From Dudresnaya verticillata (Eukaryota): a DNA stretch of 64,000 nucleotides. The notes under the pieces were generated by a model. The model worked only from the letters and a program-made list of their open reading frames with translations, did no database searches and was not told the DNA's origin. This document shows, one piece after another, positions 1-11,437 of this stretch. A program made the translations under genes and the position numbers. How positions within the stretch are numbered: position 1 is the first letter of the stretch; each line of letters opens with the position of its first letter. The stretch is taken from contig OZ374561.1 of NCBI GenBank assembly GCA_977862235.1, forward strand, positions 1,674,001-1,738,000, written 5' to 3'.

Positions 1-1
1 T

Positions 2-760
2 GAGGCCCGTCCAGACCTCATGGAGCACAGTAACCTTTATACGGAGCTAAAGAGGGACATGGCAAGGGCGTATCCGCGTGCGAGCGACGTCAATTTGAAC
101 ACCGGTACCGAGCTTTCCAGGTTTGAGTGGTGGGTGAAGAATTTTCGCTCAGAACGTCTTGTCTCACGGGATATGGCAATGGCGGATGTTATCAAGCACC
201 TTCTGAACGTGGATACTCCGCAATCGTTGGTCACCCTTCGGCGGTTGGCACATTACAAGGGAATTGAGATGCAGAGGCTGATCCATCTTAGCTATGGGCA
301 TCACTACGGATGGAGCAGAATTGGAGAGCACGCACTTCGGATGTACATTGTTTTAAATATACTGATAGACAAGGACTTGCACTGCAGCGGGATTGAATGG
401 CTGAGGACTCTTCCAGGATGGCGCTACTTTGAGAACGACCTGACGGACTTTTATGATGGGTGTGAGCAGAATGTCCCAGACAGGGCATTCTTCGCGAACT
501 GGAAGGCGGGTTTTCCCGGCCTTGGAGTGCTGAAGACTCATCTCAAGAAGCAGTTTCGGAGATTGTATCTTTACGATTGGTTGGTCAAGGACTGTCACGG
601 GGAGGTGGACTGGTTCCGGGACATCACGGCACAACTCAGTCGTTGGTGTGATCGGCAAGGACGCGGCTACATTATGCCCTGGGAATACTGCTGGAAGGAG
701 GCAAGTCCTAAGAGGAGAATTGGACCCTGTCCCGCCTCTTGTGCTATTCATGGATTGTAG
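2..760 (+). CDS. Hypothetical protein, probably the 3' part of a gene that begins before the window
   Basis: 246-aa ORF from ATG 20. The frame is also open from position 2. Composition is globular-like (W/Y/H-rich) in moderate-GC DNA. No family recognised. Confidence 0.5.
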   Translation, partial: EARPDLMEHSNLYTELKRDMARAYPRASDVNLNTGTELSRFEWWVKNFRSERLVSRDMAMADVIKHLLNVDTPQSLVTLRRLAHYKGIEMQRLIHLSYGHHYGWSRIGEHALRMYIVLNILIDKDLHCSGIEWLRTLPGWRYFENDLTDFYDGCEQNVPDRAFFANWKAGFPGLGVLKTHLKKQFRRLYLYDWLVKDCHGEVDWFRDITAQLSRWCDRQGRGYIMPWEYCWKEASPKRRIGPCPASCAIHGL

Positions 761-2807
761 AGCATCGAGCGAGTTAATAAACAAAGGACAACCCGTGAAT
801 GTATTCGCTGGTTGTCTTTCTATTCTCGAATACTGTACGTTGCGAAGTGGATGATCCCGCCTGGCTCAAAGCATCACCCACATTATGTGGGCCCCATTGT
901 GTCCTGTCTTTGCTTGATGTTTTTGCAGATTTAGTAATCGAACAATGCAAGCACAAGAACTCTATGACAAGAGCGGTAGCAGCTGTACCTCTACGCGCAT
1001 CAATGGACAAAGTAGACCACACCAAGTCTCCCAAAGTGGCTCGCAGCAGCTCCCATATGATGTATGACTAGCTTCGATCTCTGGATCCGGAAATGCCGAC
1101 CCAGTTTTCTCACAGCACCGGGCGGGCTGCGGGCCGAGAGCAGACACCGAGCAGCGGAGCTATCGGTGTTGAGAATCCGGGTTTGAAAAGCAAGGATTAA
1201 GTTGAGCGTTTCCTGCAAATCCGCGATGGCGACGAAGACAATCGCTCTCAACCCACTTGCCACAGAACCTGTTCAACGCGGCATCCCGGCGCCCATCATC
1301 GCGATTCCCCGCGCAGACGACCCGACGCCGCCAGGCTTTCTCGCGACCCGCTCCGATTGCCCATGTCGGGGCGATGGGTTGCGATGGTAAAGCTCGCACC
1401 GCAGTTTGCGACCGAGCGGAGAACTGTGTACCTGAGCGTCGTGTCCTGAAGGTAAGCGCTTCGCGCTACGTAGCAGCACCCGGCCCGGCGCGCGCGCAAG
1501 GCGCGCTCTGTGCAGCTAGACAAGCCGCTCGCGCGGCCGCGCGCGGGCTGGTTTTCCGTTTGTAGCACCGCGTGACTGCCGCAGACGCAGAAATTTCGGG
1601 AAAGTAACGAGCGCGCGCGGTTGTGGCAACGCGGTGACGCGCTGATTAACACGCGCGGGACAACAGGCAGACGCCTCACGTTGCGTGACCACGCCTCGCC
1701 TGATTCTGGACGCGATGCTCGCTGCGCTTAGAGTGCGCGGCTTGTGCTGGTGAGTTTGGGGTTTTGGCGGTGCGCTTGCTCGGTGAACATCCGAAGACAT
1801 GTTTGTGTTTTGCTGCGAGCGGATGGCGGGTGAGTGCGAGGCCTACCAAGCGGCGGGGGACGTGATTCCCGTGCCTGGTCCGCAGCTTTCAACGGAGGTT
1901 GAACAAAACTTTATAACATTGGAATTACAGACGACTTAAAGTACAGCTGAACCTCAATCCTTCGTACGGTACAGTTGGCAGCAGGAAACAAGTCGATACT
2001 GCATGGTAATCATAGCGCGTGCTCCCCTTGCTTCTCCTGCATCAGGGTGCACCTCCTTGATGCATCCATCTCTCAATGAGCGTCGTCTTCTCTCCGTGTC
2101 AATGCCATTCACTTCGCGCCCGCCCGATCTTTATTCGTTCTGTTCTCCAACCCAACCTATGACCAGAGGAGCAGAGCACATCACCATTCAGTCCGACCTG
2201 TTCCTGCGCCATGCTTCTCATCATCAACAATTACCAACGCCGAAAAAAAGCCCTTAAGGCCTCCCAAGCCTTAGTAGTACCTGTCGTCCCGAAGCCGCAC
2301 ATCACGCGCAATTCAAAACCTCTGGCCGAAAAGCCACCGCAATGGAGCACTACTGTTCGGCTCATGGATTTAACTTCTCTCCTTTTCTCTGTCCCAATGC
2401 TGCCGCCCACACACTTTCACTACACCAGAGAGCATTTCCATCTCGGATACTGATACTTGGTCGCGGATCTCGTTGTAATGAAACACATTCCGCGACCACA
2501 CCGAACACGCAGTTGTGGCCCAGTCTATCGGTGTCGTCACATTATTCCGCGCTCTCCTTCCCGATAGAAACGATATGCACAAGCAGCGCTCTACCAGCAC
2601 GGCCTACCACCAAAGTCTCGGGTGTGAGCATGCAATATTCAAGTGTCGGTAGCCACGCATCATTACGGGTCGCACATTTATGCTCAACTCACCGACCGGG
2701 TGCAAGCAACAAGTTGTTGCGAACAACCACCTGGCGCGCTCATACAAAAGCCCTTACGCACACCGCAAGCCACGACGCGCTGCCCACAAAACCCCTCGTG
2801 GGCGCCG

Positions 2808-3677
2808 TCACACGCCGCTGCTGAGCATTTCTGTAACGCGCAGCAGGAGGGTCATAGTCACGAGTCCAGCCCCAGTAGCGAGCGCGGCATCGGGCACATC
2901 CGCGTTACGCGCTGCATGGGGGAGGAGCTCGGCAAGGCTGAGCACGATCATGACGCCGGCAACGGCGGCGGTGCTGGCTGCGATGGCCTCGTGCGTGATG
3001 GCGCCCCAGACGTGGATGGCGGCGAGCACAAACACGACGCCGGCGGGCTCGGCCATACCGGAGAGGAATGCAACACGCACGGCGTACGCGCGGCTCTTGG
3101 TGGCGTAGTACAGCGGCAGCGCCACGGCCACGCCCTCGGGCACGTTGTGCAGCCCGATGGCCAGGGCCAGCGGCAGCCCGAAGCGCGCGCCGCGCAGGCT
3201 TGCCACGCACACGGCCACGCCCTCCGGGAAGTTGTGCAGCGCCAGGCCGGCCGCCGTGAGCAGCCCGGAGCGGAAGGCGGTGGTGGCGGTCGGGTCGTGC
3301 GCCTTGGCCAGCACGGACCCGTCCGGCTCGGGGATCCACGCCTTGAGCAGCTGGAACACGGCGGCGCCCAGCAGCGCGCACAGCGCGACGTACGGCGGCG
3401 CAAGGTCTGCCAGCGCGGTCGGAAGCAGGTCCACCAGCGACACGGACAGCATGAAGCCGGCGGCGGCGGCCTGGTACACGCCCAGGTGGTACGGCGTGAG
3501 GTCGCGGTGCGCCACGGCTAGCAGCCCGCCCAGCCCGGTGGACGCGCCGGCGAGCGTGGACAGCAGCAGCGCGAGCGGGAAGTTGTGGCGCACGTCCAGC
3601 ACGTCGGCCGCGACGTGCGCGGCCGCGGCGGCTGCGGCCGCCGACGCGGCCGCGAGAACGGCGAGCAACTTGCGCAT
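2808..3677 (-). CDS. ZIP family (ZupT/GufA/ZIP11-like) zinc/metal transporter
   Basis: LALHNFPEGVAV and AIGLHNVPEGVAVA TM4/TM5 signatures, LSGMAEPAG, ELLP motif, multiple TM helices, N-terminal signal-like segment. Confidence 0.93.
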   Translation of the reverse strand: MRKLLAVLAAASAAAAAAAAHVAADVLDVRHNFPLALLLSTLAGASTGLGGLLAVAHRDLTPYHLGVYQAAAAGFMLSVSLVDLLPTALADLAPPYVALCALLGAAVFQLLKAWIPEPDGSVLAKAHDPTATTAFRSGLLTAAGLALHNFPEGVAVCVASLRGARFGLPLALAIGLHNVPEGVAVALPLYYATKSRAYAVRVAFLSGMAEPAGVVFVLAAIHVWGAITHEAIAASTAAVAGVMIVLSLAELLPHAARNADVPDAALATGAGLVTMTLLLRVTEMLSSGV

Positions 3678-6600
3678 TGCACTGCGGCGCGGCGTCGCCG
3701 CGCGGCAGGCTGCGACGGTGCGTGGAGCGTGGGGCGTTGGGCGTGGAGGGCGGGGAGGGAGGGCGAGTGGCGGCGGGCGGCATCGGGCGCGATGGGCTCG
3801 CGGAGAAACGGACGGGTGGCGCGCGCGCGTTGCCCATGGGCTGCTTACAGAAACCGAATCAGGACGTTTGTCACCGGGCCGGCATTACAGCGCCTCCTTT
3901 GAGGTTTGGGTCGCGCCCTTTCGCGTCGTCTTCTTCGACCGTTGTGCGCTCTTCTTCTTCAACGCCGAGTCTCTTTCACGCAGACCTGTCGCCAGCGGTG
4001 ACCACTTGACGCTTCCACGAGTCGAAGCTCACACTCTCCGATCCGCAGCTGCGCGCGCTCGAGCGTTCCGCGCATGACCGCGCGCGCAACACGAGTGCGC
4101 GGCGCGGCGCGGCGCGCTGCCGCTAGCGCTCTCCGTCGCGCGCGCGCAGGGAGGCACACCCGCCGCACCCCGACCCGCGCGCTCGCGAACTAAGATACCT
4201 CCCGCCCGCTCTCGCGCGCGCCCATCTCTCGCCCCGCCGCCGCCGCCTCGCGCGCGCCGGCCGCAGCTGTACGTGTTCCGCGGTGGGCAGTGCTCCGATC
4301 GGGCCGGCGGGGCGTGGTGCTTTGTCCGATGAGAGCCTAACTGCCCGCCGTTGAGACAAGCATCGCGCGCTCTGCGGACGCGTTGCGTGCTCGCCCAATT
4401 AAGCCGCGGCGCCGCTGCCGCCGTCCGGGGAGCGTTTGCCAGCGCGCTGCGCGCAGCAGCGCGCCGTCGTCGAAAGCTTTAGTCGCCGCGAGACCGGCGC
4501 GCACTCGCTCACAGCGGCGAAGCGTGCGTTATTTCCGCGCGGGCGGCGCGGCGGGAAGCATGCGCCGCGCTGCAAACGCTGGCGTTGTTTACAAAAGCTG
4601 TTATGAGCAGGCCACGGTGCACACGCGCCCATTGTAAACAGCGCGCGCAAGATCGCAGCCTTGCTTGGCGTCGCTCGCGCCGCGTGGCGCCGCGGTCGAG
4701 CGGGAGCACGCAGAGCGTGTCCTCCCTCCCGAGTCGGTTGTTGGCGATATGTGCTGCTGCACGCGATGCGCCGCGAATTGGCGCGCGTGCAGGCTGGCGA
4801 CGGGCACCGAGCGTGCGTTGGCGACGGCAACTTGGCGTGGACACAAGTGTCGCAGCCTGCGTGTCGCGTGCCTAGCGCCGCGACGCGATGCTTCGTTGCG
4901 GCGGCGTGGTGGCGGTGGTGGCAGCGGCGGGGCTGTATCCCAAGCAGGTTTTTATTTTCTACCTTGCGCTTTTGAGTCTCCGGCGCGCTCGCGAAGCAAC
5001 GATTGTCCGCGCCGCGTCGCCGACGGGCGCGCATGCTGCACCACAGCTTGGTGAGCGAAACACTATTGCTTGCCCGGCCACACCAAGCCGTGGGCGTTTT
5101 TGAATTGCGGCTTGCGTTCTTCTCGAGAGAAGATTGCGGTTTCAAAACCTTTGCTTAGGGCGGCCTCGGTGTTTCGGTTTCTAGCCGGCAACAAACTGTC
5201 GGCAAGGGAAACTGTTGTGCCTGTCTAGCGGGGCTGTGCCTCCTGTCTACTTGAACGGCACACAGTATGCAGAGAAGCGCCCATCCGTGTCGAGTTGCTA
5301 CGTGTACGGTTTCCATGGCGCCGTTCACCAGCGACGGCTTTAACTGACTGTTACCCTAGCGCGTCGAGAAGGGATGCGTTCCAGTTGTTGTCTATTTCTC
5401 ATGTTATAACCACCTTCTCTTCCACAAGAAACGGTCTACTGTGGTGGTCCCACCTAACATGGCCGCAGTCCCTTGGACCACAGATATGGCGAGCGTCTCA
5501 TCCCGGCCCTGGTGGACCTACAGTGCAACACTTTTGTTTGTTCTGGATGCATTTGTTATATTGCGAGAGGACGGAAGAGAGGTCTAATGCACAAATGCAA
5601 AGCTGCTGGTGGTGGCGTGAATTCAGGCCAAGCCGGGCGTACAATGGCTACGGAACCAGAGAATCAGGGGCGACCCTGCCTTGTACAAGTCTATTATACA
5701 AGTCGAGGTCCAAACTTGCGCGACGGCTAGCGGTCTATGTTTGGAAAGCCTCCCTTGGATAAACGGCCTGACGCATGCGGAGGGGGCTAGTGCGCAGTGC
5801 CCACCAAGTCAAGTTTCAACATTGAGCTCGTATCTTATAAACGCGCTCAATAATTCTCCGCCCGCCCCGCGCATCAGGCGAGATTTCCACTACAACAACA
5901 ACGGAGCTTTGGCGCCGTGCCGCCACCCGCACCAAGCCCTGACTGCCCCGTCCGAAAAACCCTCAACACAACCCGATATCTCACGGTATACTTCTCGCGC
6001 AGCGTAGGCAGACGAGTACCATACCATACGCGCGTATCGACACGCGCGACGGTGACTGCTGCCCAGAGTTCGTGAAGCGGCGCTTCGGGCGACGACCAAC
6101 CCGTCGTCGGTCGCGCGGAAACCCTTCCGCACGCCGCTACATCTGCACCTCGCCCGAGCCCTACGGATTGTTGCGCAACGCCGAAACGCAGCCCGACGCG
6201 CCCGCCCGCTCCCGCGTCGCGTCGCGCGACTGTCAAGCCTGCGAGCAGTGGTGGCGGCTTGGCGCCGCACCGCTGCGCGCGCTTGGTGTCACCTTGGAAC
6301 AACTTACGCCAGCGGCTGCTTCGCTGCGCTGCGGTGAAGAACGGCGCTACAGTACCCGTTCTGTAGCCCGTGCAGCACGGACGACCGCGAAATCACAAGG
6401 CACGCGCGTATAACACCCGCGCAATGTGCCCCTTGCTATCAACGCGACGCGGCGAGATCCACGATGCGTGCACGTGTGCGCGGGACTGGCCGCGCGCGAA
6501 CGGCGCATGTCGCGGCGCGAACCGTGGCGGGGCGGCTTCGCCGCGCGCGTGGAGCGGAGCGACGCGCTAGTTTCATGGGCGGTGTGCAGTTTGGCGAGGC

Positions 6601-7160
6601 GACGGGCCGCGGGCCAGCCGTTTCGTTGGTGTGTGTGGGTGCGTGGGGTGCGCATGGCGTCGGAGGCGGTTTTGGCTTGTTTCGTTTTCGATGAATGTGT
6701 CCTGGGAGAGGACCGCGCGCGCGCAAACGAGCGAGCGCGACTGCGTGCCGGACGGGCATGGCGGCGGTGGGCGGCGGGCGGTGTGCGTGTCGAGGCATGG
6801 CAGCGTGTACATAGGGTACATGCACATTTGCGTGTGTGCGTGCGTGTGTGTGAGTGAGTGAGTGAGTGAGTTGCGGCGGATCGGTAGTCGGACAGGCGCG
6901 AGGGGGTGGCGTGGTTGTGGGCAAGCAGGCAATCGGCGACCGCGGCGGAGGGGGCCGGGTGGATGCGGGAGGGAGCGCGCTTGCACGGAAGCGCGGGATT
7001 AAAACGATTAAGACAGCGCATCGCGATGGCGCAGATCCCGGCCGCGGCTGGTGCGAGACGCGCACGGCGTGAGATATCCGATGTATCTCGAGCTACAGTA
7101 ATCCCGCCGCGCCTAAAAGTGCACCTGTGGCGGGGCCGTGGCGGCGTTTGCGGCTTTGCG

Positions 7161-7198
7161 GCACGCACACGCGCACGCGCACGCGCACGCGCACGCGC
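7161..7198. repeat. Alternating purine-pyrimidine (GCAC/GCGCAC)n tract
   Basis: gcacgcacacgcgcacgcgcacgcgcacgcgcacgcgc read directly. Confidence 0.8.
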
Positions 7199-8967
7199 CA
7201 TGATAGCGTGAAACGGGCGCGTGAAACGAAGGCGTTGCGGTGGCGCGCGCGCGTGCTCGCAATGCCCGTGCTCGCGGCGCAAGCCGATCGCGGCACGGAA
7301 CGGGATAGGAACGACGCGTCAGCCCACGCCGCGGCTGCAGCGCGCCGCGGCCTGACGAGGCCGCGCCTCGTGGTCGGGTGAGGTCGGGTCGGGCCGGCGT
7401 GGCGCGTAGAGCTCCGTAAAGTGCATATAGCGGCGGGGCTGATGCGCCACTGTCGCGGCGCGCAGCCCCCCCGAGGCAGCGGACTGACGGCGGCGAGCGA
7501 GCGGTTCCGCGGCGCGCGCGCACGCATGGAGGAGCGGCATGGCGCTGCGGCGACGCAATGCATGTGCAGCATGCGGCAGTTGGCTTCTTCGCGTCCGAAC
7601 ATATCGCAGCATGTATGGCGAGCTGATCGGGCGCGGGCGGGGTGGGGCGCATTTGACGATGAACGGTGGGCGGGTTACGAAGGGCACCTTGCGCCGCTTG
7701 CAGGCAATGTAGCCTTGTTGTTTGAAGGTGCGTTGCGTGCGTGCACGCACGCTCCACGCGGCGCTGCCGGCCGTGGTTGGCTGAGCACGCCGCCTCCAGC
7801 ACCGCCCCCAGCACCGCCCAGCGACGGCCCGGATGCATGCTTCCGTCCCTGTTTGCCGGTCGCTGCTGTCGCTGTCCCAGTCGCGGCGAGCCAGAGCGAG
7901 ACTGACCAGGCTGCTGCTGCGCCGCGAGCGAGCGTCGCGTCGCGCACGTCATCGTGGCGGCGCGGCGCGCGAGGTGGCCAGTGAGGCACGGAGCAATGCG
8001 CCGGCCGGCGTTTGAGCGCGCGGGCGAGGTTTGTGCAGGGCGTGCGACAGTCGGCGGTGATCACCACATGCGGCGCGGCGCGCGTGGATGCGAGAGGGAA
8101 GATGATGATGCGCGCAGCAATCAATGGTGGGCGGGTGCGCGGTGCGCAAGGCGCCCGGTAGCAAGCGCCGCTGCGCCGCGCGCGCCGTGGCTGCGCTGCG
8201 CTTCGCGGCTGCGCTCGAGCAGCAGTGGGGCTGCGCGCGCGCGCGGTTTTTTGGTTTTTGCGGGCGGGGCGCAGTGGTAGCGGTGGGGCGCGCGACGGCG
8301 CGTTGGCGGCGACGTGCGCGGCGCTTGATGACTTGTCGCGACGCTTTCCGGGGCATTAGGTATAACCTTCGCGGCCCCTGCGGGGCACGACAGGGCCTCT
8401 GCTGACACGATTGGCCGCGCGGGCCTCTCGCAAGACGGGCCGCGCTCCGGCGCCCTGCCGGCGGACCTGTCCGACGTGTCGGATCGCCGCGCATTGCACG
8501 CTGCGCGCCTTTGCAGAGCACAAAAACACACGCTCGCACACGCGTGCCCCCAACCACCGCCCTCACGCACCCCGCACACACCCCGCACACACCCGAGAGA
8601 TGCCGCGCATGTCAACGCAGCACCAGCACCCGCTGTCACAGCCACAGCCGCCCCCACAACTGCGCCTCTAAACACAACACCCGTTTCCGCCCACGCCCCC
8701 AACCGAATCAACTTCCCCACCGCAAGCGCCCCACCCGCACCTTCTGCGTCTGCCACCCGCCCCCTCTACCGCCCGGTCGACACCTCCTTCCGCCTTTGTT
8801 TCCTTCCGCCTTCCTACTCGCCCCACCACAACCATCACCCCGTGCGCGTACCGCCGCACGTACCCACGCGCGCGTCTGCACGCGTCCGCCCCAACGTAAT
8901 CTTCACCGTCGTCTCTTGCCATCACCCTCACCCCGCCCGCCTGCTACACTCGCACCGAACAGCCGCC

Positions 8968-8994
8968 CAGCAGCAGCAGCAGCAGCAACAGCAG
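8968..8994 (+). repeat. (CAG)n microsatellite just upstream of the kinase start
   Basis: Nine CAG/CAA triplets. Confidence 0.85.
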
Positions 8995-9022
8995 CTTGTT
9001 GCTCTTGCGGACTGCAAGCCGG

Positions 9023-10852
9023 ATGGAGTATCGCGCCGCAGCAAAGTCGGCAAAGCCGTCGATGGCGGTGCTGGCGGGTCCGACGCGCAGCTTTGCGGGG
9101 TGGGCCCATGTTCGCATGGGTAAGCTGTCGCGTGCGTCGCGCCGCTTTGTCATCCTGCGCTCGTCCAATCTGTACGTGTGTTCAACTGAGAGTGCCCGGA
9201 GTCAGCAGCTCTGCGTCAGCGTGTCGGGTGCCTCCATGTCCCTGACTGCCGCCAAGTACGAGTGCCTGGTGCGCGCCGACGGCGCCCGCATCTGGATCCA
9301 GTGGGCTTCCGAGTCCGAGCTGCGTGTCTGCAAGTCGGCCTTCGAGTTTGCCAACCGTCGCGTGGAAGATTATTATCGCCTCGTCGCGCATCGACAGCTC
9401 GGAAAGGGACGCAGCTCCGAGGTTGTCTTTGCATTTGATACTGCCACCGGCGACCATGCAGCCGTCAAGATCATGAACAAGGACAAGGCACGACATACTG
9501 ACCGTGAATTTGCGGAGAAGGAGGTATTGATCCGAATGACCATTCAGCACCCTTGCATCGTCCAGACACTTGACATCTTCGAGTCCCCCTACGACCTCTT
9601 TGTCGTCATGGAGCTTATGGGCGGCGGCCCGTTGGACCGTCGCATGATCAAGCAAAATGCCCCGCTATCCGAACATGAAGCCCGCGTTATAATGCTCCGA
9701 CTCTTTGCTGCCCTCAAGCATCTGCACTCGCGAGACATTGCCCATCGCAATGTCAAGCCGCAAAACATCTTTCTCGACTACTCTGACGACATGCGTTGGC
9801 CCGAGACTGCAAAGCTCTCCGACTTTAGCCTGGCCTGTTTCCTTGAGGACCCGGACTCGTCGCGCCAGGTCGTCGGCACACCCGAGTACCTTGCACCCGA
9901 AGCCTCCATCATGTCACGGAATCTACATGGCGAGCGAGAGGTTGTGTTTGGAACAGAGGTTGACATGTGGGCAGCGGGCGTCACCCTGTACAACATACTG
10001 AGTCTTGAGCTACCCTTCGAAGGCGAATACCCACCAGAAGTGTTCAAGAAGGCTCGAAGTGGCAAACTAGTATTTTCAAACCGCGGATTTGGGCAGGTGT
10101 CGGCACAGGCCGTGTCTTTGATAAGAAGTCTGTTGAATGTTGACCGCAGGAAGCGACCAACCTCTGAGACGGTCTTGTTACATCCATGGTTTCAGGACCC
10201 TGTGAAAGGAAATCAAACCGAAGACCTCTTGGCGGAGACGACTGCTCTATCCCTGACGAGCCATGCCACTGTGATGAGTGAAGAGCTGTCCCGATTTCGC
10301 GTAGCGGTCGTGGCGGTGCGGTTCGTGCGGCGGCTGGCGGTGCGGACGCCCGGGCTACATCTGCAGGGGGCGTCACGCGAGGAGAAGCGGTTCGACTTCA
10401 ACGTGAGCGGGATCAATATCGCGCCGGTCAAGTGCGGGGCGGAGGACGATGGAGACGACACGAGCGGGTACGGGTCGTACAAGCATTCGACGACGATGAT
10501 GTCGCGCATCAGCACGAGCTCGACGGTGAAGACGCGATCGTCACTTGGCGGGGACAGCGGGTACACGGGCATGGGGTTTTCCCGCACGATTTCGACCGAC
10601 TCACGCCCAATGGTGACGCAGCGCACAGACTCCAAGTACGACTACCTCAGCCGCACCGGCAGCAGGCCCACCCGGCCGCCCAGCTTTGGCGGCCCGGACG
10701 CGGCCAGGGTGCACCGCATGCCCTCCGACAAGGCCCTTCCCGGTGTCGGGGGCGGCGGGGGCGGCGCGCCAGATGCCGCTGCGGAACAGCCCAAGAGCAG
10801 CTGGCGGTGGCGGAGGCGCTCGGCGAAACCGCCAGCTGGGGAGCAGGCATGA
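9023..10852 (+). CDS. PH-domain CaMK-like Ser/Thr kinase-fold protein, likely pseudokinase
   Basis: N-terminal PH-like region (FAGWAHVRMGK..RRFVILRSSNLYV). Kinase motifs GKGRSSEV, AAVK, HRNVKPQN, DFS, GTPEYLAPE, DMWAAG. Basic amphipathic CaM-binding-like helix FRVAVVAVRFVRRL. First ATG at 9023. Confidence 0.9.
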   Translation: MEYRAAAKSAKPSMAVLAGPTRSFAGWAHVRMGKLSRASRRFVILRSSNLYVCSTESARSQQLCVSVSGASMSLTAAKYECLVRADGARIWIQWASESELRVCKSAFEFANRRVEDYYRLVAHRQLGKGRSSEVVFAFDTATGDHAAVKIMNKDKARHTDREFAEKEVLIRMTIQHPCIVQTLDIFESPYDLFVVMELMGGGPLDRRMIKQNAPLSEHEARVIMLRLFAALKHLHSRDIAHRNVKPQNIFLDYSDDMRWPETAKLSDFSLACFLEDPDSSRQVVGTPEYLAPEASIMSRNLHGEREVVFGTEVDMWAAGVTLYNILSLELPFEGEYPPEVFKKARSGKLVFSNRGFGQVSAQAVSLIRSLLNVDRRKRPTSETVLLHPWFQDPVKGNQTEDLLAETTALSLTSHATVMSEELSRFRVAVVAVRFVRRLAVRTPGLHLQGASREEKRFDFNVSGINIAPVKCGAEDDGDDTSGYGSYKHSTTMMSRISTSSTVKTRSSLGGDSGYTGMGFSRTISTDSRPMVTQRTDSKYDYLSRTGSRPTRPPSFGGPDAARVHRMPSDKALPGVGGGGGGAPDAAAEQPKSSWRWRRRSAKPPAGEQA

Positions 10853-10945
10853 CCGGTGCGCGGACATGCGGGTTGTACAGACGTTGGAGTTGGGGTTGTA
10901 GAGAGTTGTAGGCAGAGGTTTTTGAACAGTGCAAAGTTTTCTTTT

Positions 10946-10968
10946 TGTGTGTGTGTGTGTGTGTGTGT
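10946..10968. repeat. (GT)n microsatellite in the kinase 3' region
   Basis: About 11 GT units read directly. Confidence 0.9.
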
Positions 10969-11437
10969 TCATGTCGAGGTTTGTCTGCGGGCGGATGCTC
11001 CTCGCGAATGCATCGTGTGTTGGCGATGTGCAAGTTTGGGGCTGTGCAGCGGCTTGCGCGTCAATGGGACCGGGCTCGAGCGGGGGGGTCAGTCGGCGAG
11101 GAAGAGGTTGCAGCGGGGATGAAGCAGTGGGCGAAGCGAGCGTTGCGTTTCGCGGGCAGGTGAGAGAGTAAGGCGAGAGAGCAAAGCGCAATGCTTGCGC
11201 TTCGAGGACGCGCGGCGAGGACGCGCGACGCGCTCAATACCGCAATACCGCAATACCGCGCTCCGCGACCATTAGAAACGACGGTGCCAGCTGTTCGCAT
11301 CTTATTCGCAGATCTACAGATCTATTTTCCCTAAAGCCCATTGGCCGCAGCCGCTCGAATACAGCACGGGCCAATCAGCGTCGACAGCGTCCCCGGCACC
11401 GGCGGCTGTCAACGTGGTTGACAGTCGCGCACAAGCG

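Noticed and set aside
2643..4077. Long ORFs overlapping or antisense to the ZIP gene (292, 310 aa)
   Set aside because: Shadow ORFs caused by high GC3 and stop-codon scarcity. No motifs.
4100..8990. Numerous 100-310 aa Arg/Ala/Pro-rich ORFs
   Set aside because: Low-complexity products of CG-rich non-coding DNA, open in many frames at once.
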